IMG/VR virus record: IMGVR_UViG_3300032326_001267 | Strand: one strand, 5' to 3' | DNA from: an uncultured virus (IMG/VR IMGVR_UViG_3300032326_001267) | Lineage: Duplodnaviria; Heunggongvirae; Uroviricota; Caudoviricetes | DNA length: 64,000 bases | In this document: positions 1 through 11,109 of the stretch, piece by piece | Layout: each line of letters starts with the position of its first letter | Numbering within the stretch: the stretch's first letter is position 1 | Translations under genes and position numbers: made by a program | The notes under the pieces: generated by a model | Seen by the model: the letters and a program-made list of their open reading frames with translations, nothing else | Told to the model about the DNA's origin: nothing | Databases searched by the model: none

Positions 1-1218
1 TATGACAAATATGATGTTAAAATTGCTCCTACAAGATGGGGTGGTTGTCCATCAAAAGTATCTGATAATGATATTACTACTGAGGAGGATAAGAAATTGT
101 TCACTCATTTTTTAAATGCTCCTTTACAAAAACAGCCTGATCTATTTGTACAAATTAGTATTCCAAATGAATTCCAAGCAATAGGTAAATATAATATTGG
201 CATTACCGCTGGTATTGAAACTACTGCGGCATCTGGTCAATTCATTGAAGGATTAAATAAGATGAACATGAATATTGTTACCAGTAATCATGTCAAGAAA
301 GTATTTGAATCTGCTCAATACCAAAAACAATTTCAAGATGGTAAAGTAGAACCATTAAAGAGTGAAAAGCCAATGGAAGTGTGTTTCTGGGGTGCTGACA
401 CATCAATTTACAAGAAAACAAATGAAAAAGTTCAAAGTGTTGATGATGTGATGTCAACAATTCCAGAAAAATTTGCATTCTTATTTGTTGGTCAATGGAC
501 TCACGGCGGACTATTCACTGATAGAAAGGATATTGCAAATCTAATCAAGGTATTCTCAGAAACTTTTAAAAATGCAAAGCCTGATAATAGACCTTGTTTG
601 ATTCTAAAGACTAACGGAGCAAATTTCTCCAAAGTTGATAGAGATGATATTCTAAAGAAAATCAAGAAAATTCAATCTTTGGTTGGTGACAATGTTCCAA
701 ATGTATATTTGATTCATGGTGAACTAAGTCCAGTTGAGATGAATGCATTGTTTAATCATGAAAAAGTAAAAGTACATATTAATTTTACTCACGGTGAAGG
801 ATTTGGTCACCCTATCCTATTGTCTACATTGAGTGGAAAACCAACCGTTGTTTCAAATTGGAGTGGTCATTTGGATTTCTTGAATCCTAAGTATGCAGAG
901 TTTTTTGAAGGTGTTGTTAAACCAATTGATCCAGGATCAGTAAATGATTGGTTAATCAAAGAATCATCTTGGTTTTATGTTTCTCACAGTTTGGCTTCAG
1001 ATAAACTAAAGAAATTGTATAATAGTCTATCAAAAGACATTTTGGAAGACTATGAAAAGTTGAGAGTTGAAAATGAACAGAAATTTAGTATTCAAGCAAT
1101 GGATGTCAAATTGCATGAGATTTTAAATAAGTATGTTCCTGAGTTTTCTGTTGAAAAGAGAATTGTTCTTCCAAAACTTAAGAAAATTGAGTTGCCAAAA
1201 CTAAATAAAGTTTCTTGA
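1..1218 (+). CDS. Glycosyltransferase, GT-B/GT4-like (5'-truncated by window)
   Basis: Frame is open from base 1. Contains FLFVGQW, RKDI and HGEGFGHPIL, resembling the GT4 ExFG motif. Confidence 0.8.
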   Translation, partial: YDKYDVKIAPTRWGGCPSKVSDNDITTEEDKKLFTHFLNAPLQKQPDLFVQISIPNEFQAIGKYNIGITAGIETTAASGQFIEGLNKMNMNIVTSNHVKKVFESAQYQKQFQDGKVEPLKSEKPMEVCFWGADTSIYKKTNEKVQSVDDVMSTIPEKFAFLFVGQWTHGGLFTDRKDIANLIKVFSETFKNAKPDNRPCLILKTNGANFSKVDRDDILKKIKKIQSLVGDNVPNVYLIHGELSPVEMNALFNHEKVKVHINFTHGEGFGHPILLSTLSGKPTVVSNWSGHLDFLNPKYAEFFEGVVKPIDPGSVNDWLIKESSWFYVSHSLASDKLKKLYNSLSKDILEDYEKLRVENEQKFSIQAMDVKLHEILNKYVPEFSVEKRIVLPKLKKIELPKLNKVS

Positions 1219-1221
1219 TAT

Positions 1222-1887
1222 ATGAGACCATTTATAAGTTATTTAGTAACAACTAAAAATACGGGATTTGATCTTCAAATCCTTTTAGAAAGACTTTATA
1301 AATATGGTCAAAATAATGAATGTATTATTTTAGATGATTACAGTGATGATCCATCAACATTACAAGTATTAAATAACATATCTAACAACAGTTTCTTTAA
1401 AGTTCATAAACACAAATTAGATAAAAATTATAGTGAACATAAGAATTATGGTAAAAATCAATGTCAAGGAGAATATATTTTTCAAATTGATGATGATGAA
1501 CTACCATCAGAAACATTATTGGAGTCTCTAAAAGAATTGATTGAGTTAAACAATGACGTTGATCTTTTTTGGATTCCACGTATTAATGACTTTAAAGGTG
1601 TAAACCAACAAAACGCTCAACAGTGGGGTTGGAAATTGACACCTTATGAGGATAGATTGATTGTTAATTGGCCAGATCCACAAGGTAGATTGTTCAAAAA
1701 TCTACCTTATATTGAATGGAAAAGAAGATTACATGAAAAGATAGAAGGTGCAAAAACGTATGTTCATCTACCTGCAATGTATGAATTATCTTTACATCAT
1801 AACAAAACAATTGAAAAACAAATACAAACAAACATTAAATACAATAAATTGTTTACTGAAGAAGAAAATAAAGGATTTAAGGTATGA
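1222..1887 (+). CDS. Glycosyltransferase family 2
   Basis: ISYLVTT, ILDDYSDD, FQIDDDE (DxD) and LHEKI motifs. Confidence 0.85.
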   Translation: MRPFISYLVTTKNTGFDLQILLERLYKYGQNNECIILDDYSDDPSTLQVLNNISNNSFFKVHKHKLDKNYSEHKNYGKNQCQGEYIFQIDDDELPSETLLESLKELIELNNDVDLFWIPRINDFKGVNQQNAQQWGWKLTPYEDRLIVNWPDPQGRLFKNLPYIEWKRRLHEKIEGAKTYVHLPAMYELSLHHNKTIEKQIQTNIKYNKLFTEEENKGFKV

Positions 1888-2807
1888 ACAAAACAGATAA
1901 AATTTTTGTTGCTGGTCATAAAGGTCTTGTTGGATCTGCAATATGTAGAAAATTATTATCAGAAGGATACACTAACATATTGACAGTAGATAAATCTGTA
2001 GTTGATTTGAAAGATAAAGACAGTGTAAAACTATGGTTTAAGGAAAATAAGCCTGATTATGTATTTCTTGCAGCAGCAAAAGTTGGTGGTATTCATGCAA
2101 ACAACACATATCCCGCAGAGTTTATTACTGACAATCTAATGATACAAAACAATGTAATAGATTCATGTCATGAATATAGTACAAAAAAGTTAATGTTCTT
2201 GGGTAGTGTTTGTATATATCCAAAATATGCTCCTACACCAGTAAAAGAACAATATTTGTTATCAGGTGAATTGGAACCAACAAATGAATGGTATGCAGTT
2301 GCTAAAATTGCAGGTATTAAACAATGTCAAGCATATAAAAAACAATATGGTGATAACTTTATTAGTGTAATGCCATGTAATTTATACGGTATCAATGATA
2401 ACTTTCATCCAACCAATTCACATGTATTACCCGCATTGATAAGAAAGTTTCATGAAGCAAAACTCAATAAGTCACCAAATGTAACGTGTTGGGGAACTGG
2501 TTCTCCAAGAAGAGAATTTCTAAATGCAGATGATTTATCAGATGCGTGTGTATTTTTGATGAATGAATACAATTCAGAAGAAATAATCAATATTGGTTAC
2601 GGAGAAGATTTTACAATAAAAGAAATATCTGATATAGTTAGAGATGTAGTTGGATACAACGGAGAAATTGTATGGGATACATCTAAACCAGATGGTACAC
2701 CAAAGAGACTATTAGACACATCTAAATTGTTTAATATGAATTGGAGACCCAAAATTAACTTGACAGTTGGATTAAAACAAACATATAGTTGGTATATTAA
2801 CAAATGA
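1884..2807 (+). CDS. fcl: GDP-L-fucose synthase (GDP-4-keto-6-deoxymannose epimerase/reductase)
   Basis: VAGHKGLVGSA, AAAKVGGIHAN, CIYPK, YAVAK, SHVLPALIRKF, KPDGTPKRLLD. Confidence 0.95.
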   Translation: MNKTDKIFVAGHKGLVGSAICRKLLSEGYTNILTVDKSVVDLKDKDSVKLWFKENKPDYVFLAAAKVGGIHANNTYPAEFITDNLMIQNNVIDSCHEYSTKKLMFLGSVCIYPKYAPTPVKEQYLLSGELEPTNEWYAVAKIAGIKQCQAYKKQYGDNFISVMPCNLYGINDNFHPTNSHVLPALIRKFHEAKLNKSPNVTCWGTGSPRREFLNADDLSDACVFLMNEYNSEEIINIGYGEDFTIKEISDIVRDVVGYNGEIVWDTSKPDGTPKRLLDTSKLFNMNWRPKINLTVGLKQTYSWYINK

Positions 2808-3655
2808 AAATTATTGACGCTTTTTTATTTTTCAATGAATTTGACATGTTGGATCTAAGATTAAACATCTTGGATGAGTATGTTGATGAATTTGTACTTG
2901 TAGAATCTGAAGTGGGATTTACAGGAAAACCAAAACCTTTGTTCTTCAATGAGAACAAACACAAATTTGAAAAGTATTTACATAAAATAAAACATGTAAT
3001 CACTAAAGTACCATCTAATATGGAAGAATTTGAATGGTACTTTAAAAATTCAAATGATACTATTCAATTTGAATTTTTCCAAAGAAACTCAATTATTGAC
3101 AGTATAAAAGATGAAGCAGATGATTCAGTTTTGTTTATCTCTGATTTGGATGAAATTTGGGATCCCTGTCAATTGATTCCATTCATTCCACAGATGGATG
3201 ATACTAAATTGTACAAACCCTCTTCTAAAATTTGTTATTTTTATTTTAATTTGGTTGCAAGTCCATATGAGTGGGTACAACCTGTTATGTTAAAGGCATC
3301 TTTATTGAAGAAATTTATATCACAGGGTTATAAATTAACACAAGATATTGTCAGAAATGATTTTAAAAAAATAAGTGACAAAGATATTGTGATACTTAAA
3401 GATGCAGGATGGCATTTTTCATTTACTGCGGATGTCATTTATAAAATACAAAACTCAGCACATACCATGTTTGATAAACCTCCATATAACACAAAGGAAT
3501 ATATTGATTATTGTATTAAAAACAAAACAAATCCATTTCATGGATTTCCTATGTCAGTTATTCCAGAAGAACAACTGAATGATTATTTGCCAAGTTATGT
3601 GTTAGAAAATATGGATAAATACAAAAAGTACATTTTATTAGAAAAAACAATATGA
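2804..3655 (+). CDS. GT17-like (beta-1,4-GlcNAc transferase family) glycosyltransferase
   Basis: IIDAFLFFNEFDML.LRL, FVLVES..FTGKPKP, QRN, SDLDEI, GWHFS. Confidence 0.8.
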   Translation: MKIIDAFLFFNEFDMLDLRLNILDEYVDEFVLVESEVGFTGKPKPLFFNENKHKFEKYLHKIKHVITKVPSNMEEFEWYFKNSNDTIQFEFFQRNSIIDSIKDEADDSVLFISDLDEIWDPCQLIPFIPQMDDTKLYKPSSKICYFYFNLVASPYEWVQPVMLKASLLKKFISQGYKLTQDIVRNDFKKISDKDIVILKDAGWHFSFTADVIYKIQNSAHTMFDKPPYNTKEYIDYCIKNKTNPFHGFPMSVIPEEQLNDYLPSYVLENMDKYKKYILLEKTI

Positions 3656-4281
3656 ATAAATTTAATGAAGATTATTATGAAAGAGGAGTAGAATTGGGAA
3701 TCAGTGGATACTCCAATTACAGATGGATACCAGAACTAACAATACCAATGTGTTATGAAATGATTAACATATTGGATATTAAAGACAATGAATCTATATT
3801 AGATTTTGGATGCGCAAAAGGTTATGTAGTAAAAGGGTTCAGATTGTTGCATAAAAATGCATATGGAGTAGATATTAGTGAATATGCAATATCAGCTGCA
3901 CCAAATGAAATTAAACCATATCTTTATAAGATTGAATCAGAAAAAAATATTCCTCTCCAAAACAATGAAAAGTATGATTATGCTATTGCAAAAGATGTAT
4001 TGGAACATATACCATATGAATACTTGGATTCAGTATTACTACAATTGAGAAAGTGTGCTAAAAAATTGTTTGTTGCGGTACCATTGGGTGAAAATGGAAA
4101 ATATGTAATTCCATCCTATGAACAAGATGAAACACATCATATTAGAGAATCAATTGATTGGTGGGAAAATAAATTCTTAAATGCTGGATTTGAGACAGTA
4201 TATAAAGATTATAAAATCAAACATATTAAAGCAAATTGGTCAAAGTGGGAAAAAGGAAACGGATTTTTTGTACTTCAATAA
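3652..4281 (+). CDS. Class I SAM-dependent methyltransferase
   Basis: ILDFGCAKG, GVDIS, DVLEHI. Confidence 0.85.
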   Translation: MNKFNEDYYERGVELGISGYSNYRWIPELTIPMCYEMINILDIKDNESILDFGCAKGYVVKGFRLLHKNAYGVDISEYAISAAPNEIKPYLYKIESEKNIPLQNNEKYDYAIAKDVLEHIPYEYLDSVLLQLRKCAKKLFVAVPLGENGKYVIPSYEQDETHHIRESIDWWENKFLNAGFETVYKDYKIKHIKANWSKWEKGNGFFVLQ

Positions 4282-4285
4282 TACT

Positions 4286-5617
4286 ATGAAAGAACTTATA
4301 AAATTAAAAAACAATTTAGCGGTGGTTGAAATTCATCAAGATGAAAACAATTATTATTATTTGATCAGAAAGAATGATAGAAATAAAATTGTTAATAAAA
4401 TAGACCACATTCAATACTTTGATTCAAATAACCATTGTAGTTTGATTAAAATTGATGATGAAATTTTATCAAAGGTAAAAGAGAAGTTACAAAACACAGA
4501 TGATTATGCATCATGTTTTGTGTTTTTTGAATCTGATAACATTGTGTCAGAAGACTATACAAAGAGAGAGAAGTCTAAATCAGAACATTCTTTCACTTCA
4601 ACAGGCATTAAATTTTGGAGACACCAAGAACAAATGTTAAATTACAAAAATGGTGATCCAAGTAGTATCATATCTACACATATTTCACCAGAAGGAGCAT
4701 GTAATTTAAAATGTCCTTATTGTTCAGTAACATATAGAAAAAATTCTTCAAGAATTGAATTGAATGTAATCAAAGATTATGTAACAAAGTTAAAGTCTAG
4801 AGGACTAAAGGCAGTAATTTTGACTGGTGGCGGTGAACCAACGATGTATAAACATTTCAATGAATTGATCAGATGGTTAAAAGAACAAAATCTGTCTGTT
4901 GCATTGATTACTAATGGAACAAATGCTAGATTGGTAAATGATGACGTTTGGGGAATGTTTTCATGGGTCCGTGTAAGTGTTAATTTATTTGAAGGATGGG
5001 AAGATAAAATTAATATTCCTACACAACTATTAAATCCAGAATGTGTTTTGGGAATGTCACACGTATTTACAGTGGAACATGAACAGATTCAACACAGTTC
5101 AGTTCAAGACTACTTCAAGAAAATTTCAAATCTAGCAACAAAATTAAACGCAAAATATATAAGAGTTTTGCCTAATTGTTTGTTGGAACAAGAAACCTTG
5201 ATTAAGGTCCATAATGGACTAGATGCAGTGTTTAAGGAATTGAATGATGATAGATTCTTCCATCAATACAAATTTCATGAAGCTCCTTCTACTACAATAT
5301 GTCACCAATCATATTTTAGACCATATCTAAGTGAAGAACCTTTTCATGCAACAGGAATACCAGGTACAGTTTATCCATGTGATAGCGTTGTATTAAACAG
5401 TTCTGTTACTCACTTTGCACAAAAATATCAATTGTGTGGTGCAAGTGACATATTGGACTATGTTGACAAAAAAATAAGTCATAAATTTGTTCCGTGTGAA
5501 GACTGTAAAGGTTGTGTATTTACAGACAACGTAAACATGTTGGATAATTGGGTTAATGGTAAAATCAACAGATTTGATGAATTCAAGAATGTATTGAAAC
5601 ACGAAGAATTTGTATAA
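4286..5617 (+). CDS. Radical SAM protein with C-terminal Cys-rich (SPASM/twitch-like) domain
   Basis: CNLKCPYC, LTGGGEP, ITNGT, then YPCD...CEDCKGC. Start moved to ATG 4286, after the preceding stop. Confidence 0.85.
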   Translation: MKELIKLKNNLAVVEIHQDENNYYYLIRKNDRNKIVNKIDHIQYFDSNNHCSLIKIDDEILSKVKEKLQNTDDYASCFVFFESDNIVSEDYTKREKSKSEHSFTSTGIKFWRHQEQMLNYKNGDPSSIISTHISPEGACNLKCPYCSVTYRKNSSRIELNVIKDYVTKLKSRGLKAVILTGGGEPTMYKHFNELIRWLKEQNLSVALITNGTNARLVNDDVWGMFSWVRVSVNLFEGWEDKINIPTQLLNPECVLGMSHVFTVEHEQIQHSSVQDYFKKISNLATKLNAKYIRVLPNCLLEQETLIKVHNGLDAVFKELNDDRFFHQYKFHEAPSTTICHQSYFRPYLSEEPFHATGIPGTVYPCDSVVLNSSVTHFAQKYQLCGASDILDYVDKKISHKFVPCEDCKGCVFTDNVNMLDNWVNGKINRFDEFKNVLKHEEFV

Positions 5618-6582
5618 TGAACCTGAAAATATATTCATTTACCAGAGACATATCTCAGGATAGATTTGATTATTCATGTATAAGACATTTGATTGATCAT
5701 CTAACCAAGAAAAATTATAAGATTGAATGGGAAAATTTGGATGGTAATGATAAATTCATATATAAAAATGATTGTAATGTTCTTATAAATCAAGGGTCAA
5801 TTTGTATATTTGAATTTGAAAATAAAACATTCAAAGTGTGGGATTGTGGAGACAAACCAAATCTTTCACTTGAAATGTCAAAATCCAAAAATTTCATAGG
5901 AGCCGCAATTGGTCAGTACAATAAAACATTGTGGGATGAAAACGTAAAAGATCCAAATATAAGAAATGAAATAAATAAAGGTGTTCATTTTGAATCATTT
6001 TGGCAATTTGGCGTTTCTAACTATGAAGATGTAAATGAATATAGAAGATCCAAAACATTAAATAACAAATTATTATGGAGAGGCAGTCTATATGAAAATT
6101 GTCCTGAAAGAAATGAATATAAGGGAAGACAATACATACCCTTACTAAATGATAAACTAAATGGTAACTTCCAATTTGGCAATTATCCAATTCACTTTGA
6201 TTACTATATAAAGGAATCAATTGAATATAAATTAGTATTATGTAGTGGTGTAGGTGGTGGATATTCATGTGGTGACTATTGTTTTAGAGATGGTGAACTG
6301 TATGGATTAGGTATTCCTACATTAAGACCAAAATATGCAATTGAAACGTATATACCACTAATTCCTGACTACCACTATATTTCAGTTGATGCAGAATTTG
6401 ATGAAAAATTTAAATACAAAAATTATGGTGATCTTGCAGACAAAATCACAAAGAGATACAATGAAGTAATACATGATAATGAGTATTTAGATTTTATATC
6501 TAATAATGCTAGACAATGGTATATGGATATGTTATCATACCCAAATGTGATTAATAATATCATAGAGTCTTTAAAATTATGA
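5617..6582 (+). CDS. Putative GT-B glycosyltransferase (GT90/exostosin-like C-terminus)
   Basis: LLWRGS, CFRDGE..GLGIP, LIPDYHYI, ISNNARQWY, plus gene context. Confidence 0.5.
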   Translation: MNLKIYSFTRDISQDRFDYSCIRHLIDHLTKKNYKIEWENLDGNDKFIYKNDCNVLINQGSICIFEFENKTFKVWDCGDKPNLSLEMSKSKNFIGAAIGQYNKTLWDENVKDPNIRNEINKGVHFESFWQFGVSNYEDVNEYRRSKTLNNKLLWRGSLYENCPERNEYKGRQYIPLLNDKLNGNFQFGNYPIHFDYYIKESIEYKLVLCSGVGGGYSCGDYCFRDGELYGLGIPTLRPKYAIETYIPLIPDYHYISVDAEFDEKFKYKNYGDLADKITKRYNEVIHDNEYLDFISNNARQWYMDMLSYPNVINNIIESLKL

Positions 6583-7424
6583 AAGATTTAATAGTAACGT
6601 CAATTAGTAGCAATTATTCATGGAATGATCTGAAAAATTGGATTTTTTCCATCAAAAAAACAACATATAGTGGTGACATACTCTGCGTATGTTACAATTA
6701 TAACGGAGATGAAGAAATTTTACAAAAAGTAAAATCTTATGGTATAGATATCATCATACCAAACAACACATATATGGGTGAATTATGTGATCAGTTTGTA
6801 TTTAATTCTGGTCATATTAATAAATCAAACTCACATATTGCAATTCACAATGTTAGATTTTTTCATACATGGCAGTATTTAGTAGAAAATCAGTTAGAGT
6901 ATAACAGAGTAATAAATACGGACATTCGTGATATAGTATTTCAATACAATCCATCAGATTGGTTGGATAAAAACTTTACTAAAAATATCTTGGGACCATG
7001 TGAAGAAGTGCTATATAAAAATCAAGATTGGAATATAAATAATTCCATTAGATCATTTGGTCCATACATATATGAGTATATATTGAAAGAAAACTTTGTT
7101 TGTAATGCGGGGTCTTTTGCAACAAAATTTGAATCTTTTAAAAATATTGCAATTATTGACTATTTGATGTCAAACAATACTGGTGTAAATGCTGATCAAG
7201 CAGGATTTAACATCTTATTGAATCTGTTTAAAAATGAAGTTCAAATAGCTAGAATGTCAGACGGATGGGCATTTCAAGCAGGTGGAGTTAAAAATCCAAA
7301 AGATTATTATGAATTCAAAGATAACGTTGTAGTTAACAGACAGAATGGTGTTCCTTATTGTATATTGCATCAGTATGATAGAATTCCAGAAATGGTAAAT
7401 GTTGTGGAAAAAAACTTAGCATAA
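6579..7424 (+). CDS. Putative GT-A glycosyltransferase
   Basis: RFF, TDIRDIVFQYNP, CNAG, DQAGFN, HQYDR. Confidence 0.55.
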   Translation: MKDLIVTSISSNYSWNDLKNWIFSIKKTTYSGDILCVCYNYNGDEEILQKVKSYGIDIIIPNNTYMGELCDQFVFNSGHINKSNSHIAIHNVRFFHTWQYLVENQLEYNRVINTDIRDIVFQYNPSDWLDKNFTKNILGPCEEVLYKNQDWNINNSIRSFGPYIYEYILKENFVCNAGSFATKFESFKNIAIIDYLMSNNTGVNADQAGFNILLNLFKNEVQIARMSDGWAFQAGGVKNPKDYYEFKDNVVVNRQNGVPYCILHQYDRIPEMVNVVEKNLA

Positions 7425-7425
7425 T

Positions 7426-8169
7426 ATGAATAACTCAATAAAATATTCTATAATAATACCTTATAGAAATCGTGAGGAACATTTACAATTATTGCTTCCA
7501 AGATTACAAGAAAAATTCAAAGATGAAAGTTATGAAATTATTATATCAGAACAAAATGATAATGATAATTTTAGAATTGCTTGTGTAGAAAATGTAGGAT
7601 TTTTACATTCACAAGGAGACATTATTGTTCTACATCAAGTAGATTACTATCCAACTGAAGATGTTAGTTATGATGTTGATGATTGTCCAATTCAACCTGC
7701 TATAAAAGGAATATTCTTAAGTGAAGATAATCAAACACCAAGAGATCCAAGTGATATTCCTGGAGGATATAAAAATTGGCATGTAGAAATTGATCCTGCA
7801 TTTTTTGGTGGAGTTATTGCAATGAAACGTTCACACTTTGAAAAGATCAATGGTCTAAATCCTTTGTATAAAGGGTGGGGAAATGAAGATGAAGATCTAA
7901 GAGAACGGTTTAAATGGGCAAATATTTCAGTTAAAAGAAACAAAGTAGGAACCTTTTTATGTCTTTACCACTCTGATAATGGTGATATGTCAAAGAAAAA
8001 TGATGATGGTAAAAAAGACTTCTTTGAAGGAAGAAGATATTTTGTTGAACAGTCATATAAAGATAGACATATTGGATATAAAAACTTAAAAGCTGACGTT
8101 GAGGTTTTTGAAAGTGGTATACCACATGTAAAATGGATCAAAAGCACAAACTATAGAATTGAAGTATGA
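7426..8169 (+). CDS. GT7-like galactosyltransferase
   Basis: IIPYRNREEHL, FFGGV, INGL..YKGWGNEDEDL. Confidence 0.85.
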   Translation: MNNSIKYSIIIPYRNREEHLQLLLPRLQEKFKDESYEIIISEQNDNDNFRIACVENVGFLHSQGDIIVLHQVDYYPTEDVSYDVDDCPIQPAIKGIFLSEDNQTPRDPSDIPGGYKNWHVEIDPAFFGGVIAMKRSHFEKINGLNPLYKGWGNEDEDLRERFKWANISVKRNKVGTFLCLYHSDNGDMSKKNDDGKKDFFEGRRYFVEQSYKDRHIGYKNLKADVEVFESGIPHVKWIKSTNYRIEV

Positions 8170-9059
8170 TTAAATATCTAGTTGTTGTACATGGTTTTTT
8201 TGGTGATATTGCATTTTCAACCTCTGTTGCAAGAAAGTTACTTGAGGAAAAACAATGTGACACTGTGGATTATTTAATTGGATTACCACAAATGAAAGAT
8301 ATATTAGAATGTGATAAAAATATATCAAATGTATTTGTATCAAATCCAATAGGCCCTAATCCACAGATTACCTTTGATGTTTCTAAATACAGTAAAATAA
8401 TCAAGTTGGGACAAATGATATTTGATATTCCACCACCAACACAAATGCAATTAATGGCGGGTATCAAGAACACAGATACAGAGTTTCATTTAAATACAAA
8501 TCCAAGTTATGATGAAATAGCAAAAAATCTAATTGAAGATTTGAGAAAACAACACAACAAACCAGTTGTATGTGTAATGTCTAATTGGGAAGAAAGAAGT
8601 TTCCTATTTACAGAAGAACAATACAAAAAAGGAATTGATGTTCCTGGATTTGGATATGGTGGTAAACACAGAAACATTAAATATATAATTGACAATATAA
8701 TTGATTATGTATTTCCTATTGAAGTTGGATTTCCATCAGGAACATCTCAGTTATCAACTGTCAACATTCAATCTGATGATCAAAAATCTCTATTGTTTGA
8801 GTGTTCATTGATGAAATTTAGTGATGCGTTTCTAGGTGCTGAAGGAGGTTTGTGTAATCTTGCAGCAGGTGTTGGTTGTAGAACCATAATAACAGGTGAT
8901 TTTGTACACCAATTATACGGATATAACGGTGTAATTAGAAAACTAAAAGAACCAAAATTGGGACCAGTTCATTATTTCAAAAATAAAGGACACGTTGAAT
9001 TTGATCCGTATTTAACTGATGATGAAGTAGCAAAGGAGATTATAAAATATGTTAATTGA
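8166..9059 (+). CDS. GT9-like glycosyltransferase
   Basis: FFGDI near N-terminus and FLGAEGGLCNLAAGVG. Confidence 0.6.
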   Translation: MIKYLVVVHGFFGDIAFSTSVARKLLEEKQCDTVDYLIGLPQMKDILECDKNISNVFVSNPIGPNPQITFDVSKYSKIIKLGQMIFDIPPPTQMQLMAGIKNTDTEFHLNTNPSYDEIAKNLIEDLRKQHNKPVVCVMSNWEERSFLFTEEQYKKGIDVPGFGYGGKHRNIKYIIDNIIDYVFPIEVGFPSGTSQLSTVNIQSDDQKSLLFECSLMKFSDAFLGAEGGLCNLAAGVGCRTIITGDFVHQLYGYNGVIRKLKEPKLGPVHYFKNKGHVEFDPYLTDDEVAKEIIKYVN

Positions 9060-9678
9060 AATGGATTTAAAAAATCTTAAAAGCAAATATGATTTAAAAT
9101 TAAATGGTATAATAAATGTAGGTAGTTATTTGGCAAAGGAATATACAACTTATAAAGAATTATCAATTAATAATATAATCTTTGTAGAAGCAAACCCAAA
9201 CATAATTGAATCATTAAAATCACAAGTAGGAAAAGAGTGTCTAATATTTAACAATTTGATTTATCATTTGGATGATGTAGAGTTGGATTTTAAAATATCA
9301 AACCACTTACAATCATCTTCTTTATTAGATTTTGAGAAACATAAAATCTATCATCCTGATCTATCAAGTGTAGTCAATATCATCAAATTAAAAACAAAAA
9401 AACTTGACACATTAATAAAAGAAAATAATATTGACATGAATAAATTCAACACTTTGATGTTGGATGTTCAAGGTGCAGAAAAATTAGTATTAGAAGGATT
9501 CACGGAAAATATTAAATATATTGATTACATTTATACTGAAATCAATTTTGATGAAATGTATAAAGGATGTTCATTATTTGATGAATTTAATCTTTATTTG
9601 AAAACCCATGGATTTAAACTAATTGAATATTTTGATACTAAAAAAGGATGGGGAGATGGATTATATGGAAGAATATAA
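9049..9678 (+). CDS. FkbM-family methyltransferase
   Basis: INVGS, VEANP, SSSLL, LDVQGAE..VLEG, YTEIN, WGDGLY. Confidence 0.85.
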   Translation: MLIEMDLKNLKSKYDLKLNGIINVGSYLAKEYTTYKELSINNIIFVEANPNIIESLKSQVGKECLIFNNLIYHLDDVELDFKISNHLQSSSLLDFEKHKIYHPDLSSVVNIIKLKTKKLDTLIKENNIDMNKFNTLMLDVQGAEKLVLEGFTENIKYIDYIYTEINFDEMYKGCSLFDEFNLYLKTHGFKLIEYFDTKKGWGDGLYGRI

Positions 9679-10408
9679 AAATAAAATATGTGTGGTAATA
9701 AGTAGTTGTGATAAATACATACAATTAGCAGATGTACAACTACATTTCTTTAAAAAGTATTGGCCAAATTGTCCTCTTGATATATTTTACATTACTGAAA
9801 CAAAATCTATTCCTAGTATTGATTCTAATTTAAAAATTAAGAATTTTGTTAGTAACATTAATCCAATAGGTCCATCTGACTGGGGTAAAAATCTAAAAAT
9901 GTTATTAGATAAGATTCCGTATGAATATATCATATACTTACAAGAAGATTATATATTTACAGATTTTGTTGATGAATCTAGATTGTCTACATTGTTAGAA
10001 TATGTAATTCAAAATGATGTAAATTACGTAAGATTTTATGGTTGTAATAGACAAGAGAATTTAATTGAAGTATCAAAAGATGTAAAATTAAGAGAAATAT
10101 CAAAAAACTCAAATTTTAGATCCAGTTTGATGACTGCAATATGGAACAAAAATACATTCAGTGATCTTATAAATTTGACTTATGGAGTTACTCCATGGCA
10201 ATTTGAAAGCAATAACGTTCATCATAAATATGATAAATTTTATTGTGTAGATTTATTAAGAGATGATGTCAGTGATATTATAAAATTTGCGGGAATTTAT
10301 GGATCAGGTAATGGTTTTCAAATTTATCCATTTTTAAAAGAAATGATAAAAAATGAAAATATAAAATTGTCAAATGGAGAATATTTTAATATAGATATAA
10401 AACTATGA
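9665..10408 (+). CDS. Putative glycosyltransferase (GT-A-like)
   Basis: SSCDKY, YLQEDY, TPWQFE, plus context. Start taken at ATG 9665. Confidence 0.5.
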   Translation: MEEYKNKICVVISSCDKYIQLADVQLHFFKKYWPNCPLDIFYITETKSIPSIDSNLKIKNFVSNINPIGPSDWGKNLKMLLDKIPYEYIIYLQEDYIFTDFVDESRLSTLLEYVIQNDVNYVRFYGCNRQENLIEVSKDVKLREISKNSNFRSSLMTAIWNKNTFSDLINLTYGVTPWQFESNNVHHKYDKFYCVDLLRDDVSDIIKFAGIYGSGNGFQIYPFLKEMIKNENIKLSNGEYFNIDIKL

Positions 10409-11109
10409 ATCATTTATTTGTATTAGGTTATAATGGTGCAGACTATTTTGATGGATGGTATGATAGAGACCAATTTCATCACACAAAATTATATTACATT
10501 GATAATGGAAAACAAACTCTATCTGATAATTTGAAAAAAGACTGTATTTATGTCACCACTAAAAACATAGGATGTGCTGGTGGATGGAATCTAATGGCAG
10601 ATATGGCATACAATACCTTTAATCTTGATAAATTTATCATATGTCAAGAAGACAGTATGATATCAGAAGAAATTCTTGATGCAATTACTGATGAATGTAA
10701 TGAAAATACTATATGCGGTAGTTACAATAATGGATTTGAATTTGCGGTATTTGGTTTGCATAAAAAAACCTATGAAAAATTAGGCAGATTTGATGAGAAT
10801 ATATTGTTTGCTGGATGTGAAGATGATGATTATAAACACAGATGTCGTCTACACAATGTAACAGTTAAAAGTTTGGGAGTGTCAAACAAATATAATATAA
10901 GCATAGCAAATAATAATAATGTCAAGCCTAGAGAAAGCTCTATATATAACGGAGAATATGTTAAAGAAAAATGGGGAAGTTACAAGTTTTCCCATCCATT
11001 TAATATTGAAAATAATATTCCAGAACAAACTTTAATGTTTAAAAAATATTATCCTAATACAACTGGTTGGCCAAGTCAAATTGAGTATCAAATTTTTTCT
11101 TCAAAATGA
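10405..11109 (+). CDS. GT2-like glycosyltransferase
   Basis: NIGCAGGWN, GRFDEN...EDDDY..R. Confidence 0.7.
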   Translation: MNHLFVLGYNGADYFDGWYDRDQFHHTKLYYIDNGKQTLSDNLKKDCIYVTTKNIGCAGGWNLMADMAYNTFNLDKFIICQEDSMISEEILDAITDECNENTICGSYNNGFEFAVFGLHKKTYEKLGRFDENILFAGCEDDDYKHRCRLHNVTVKSLGVSNKYNISIANNNNVKPRESSIYNGEYVKEKWGSYKFSHPFNIENNIPEQTLMFKKYYPNTTGWPSQIEYQIFSSK

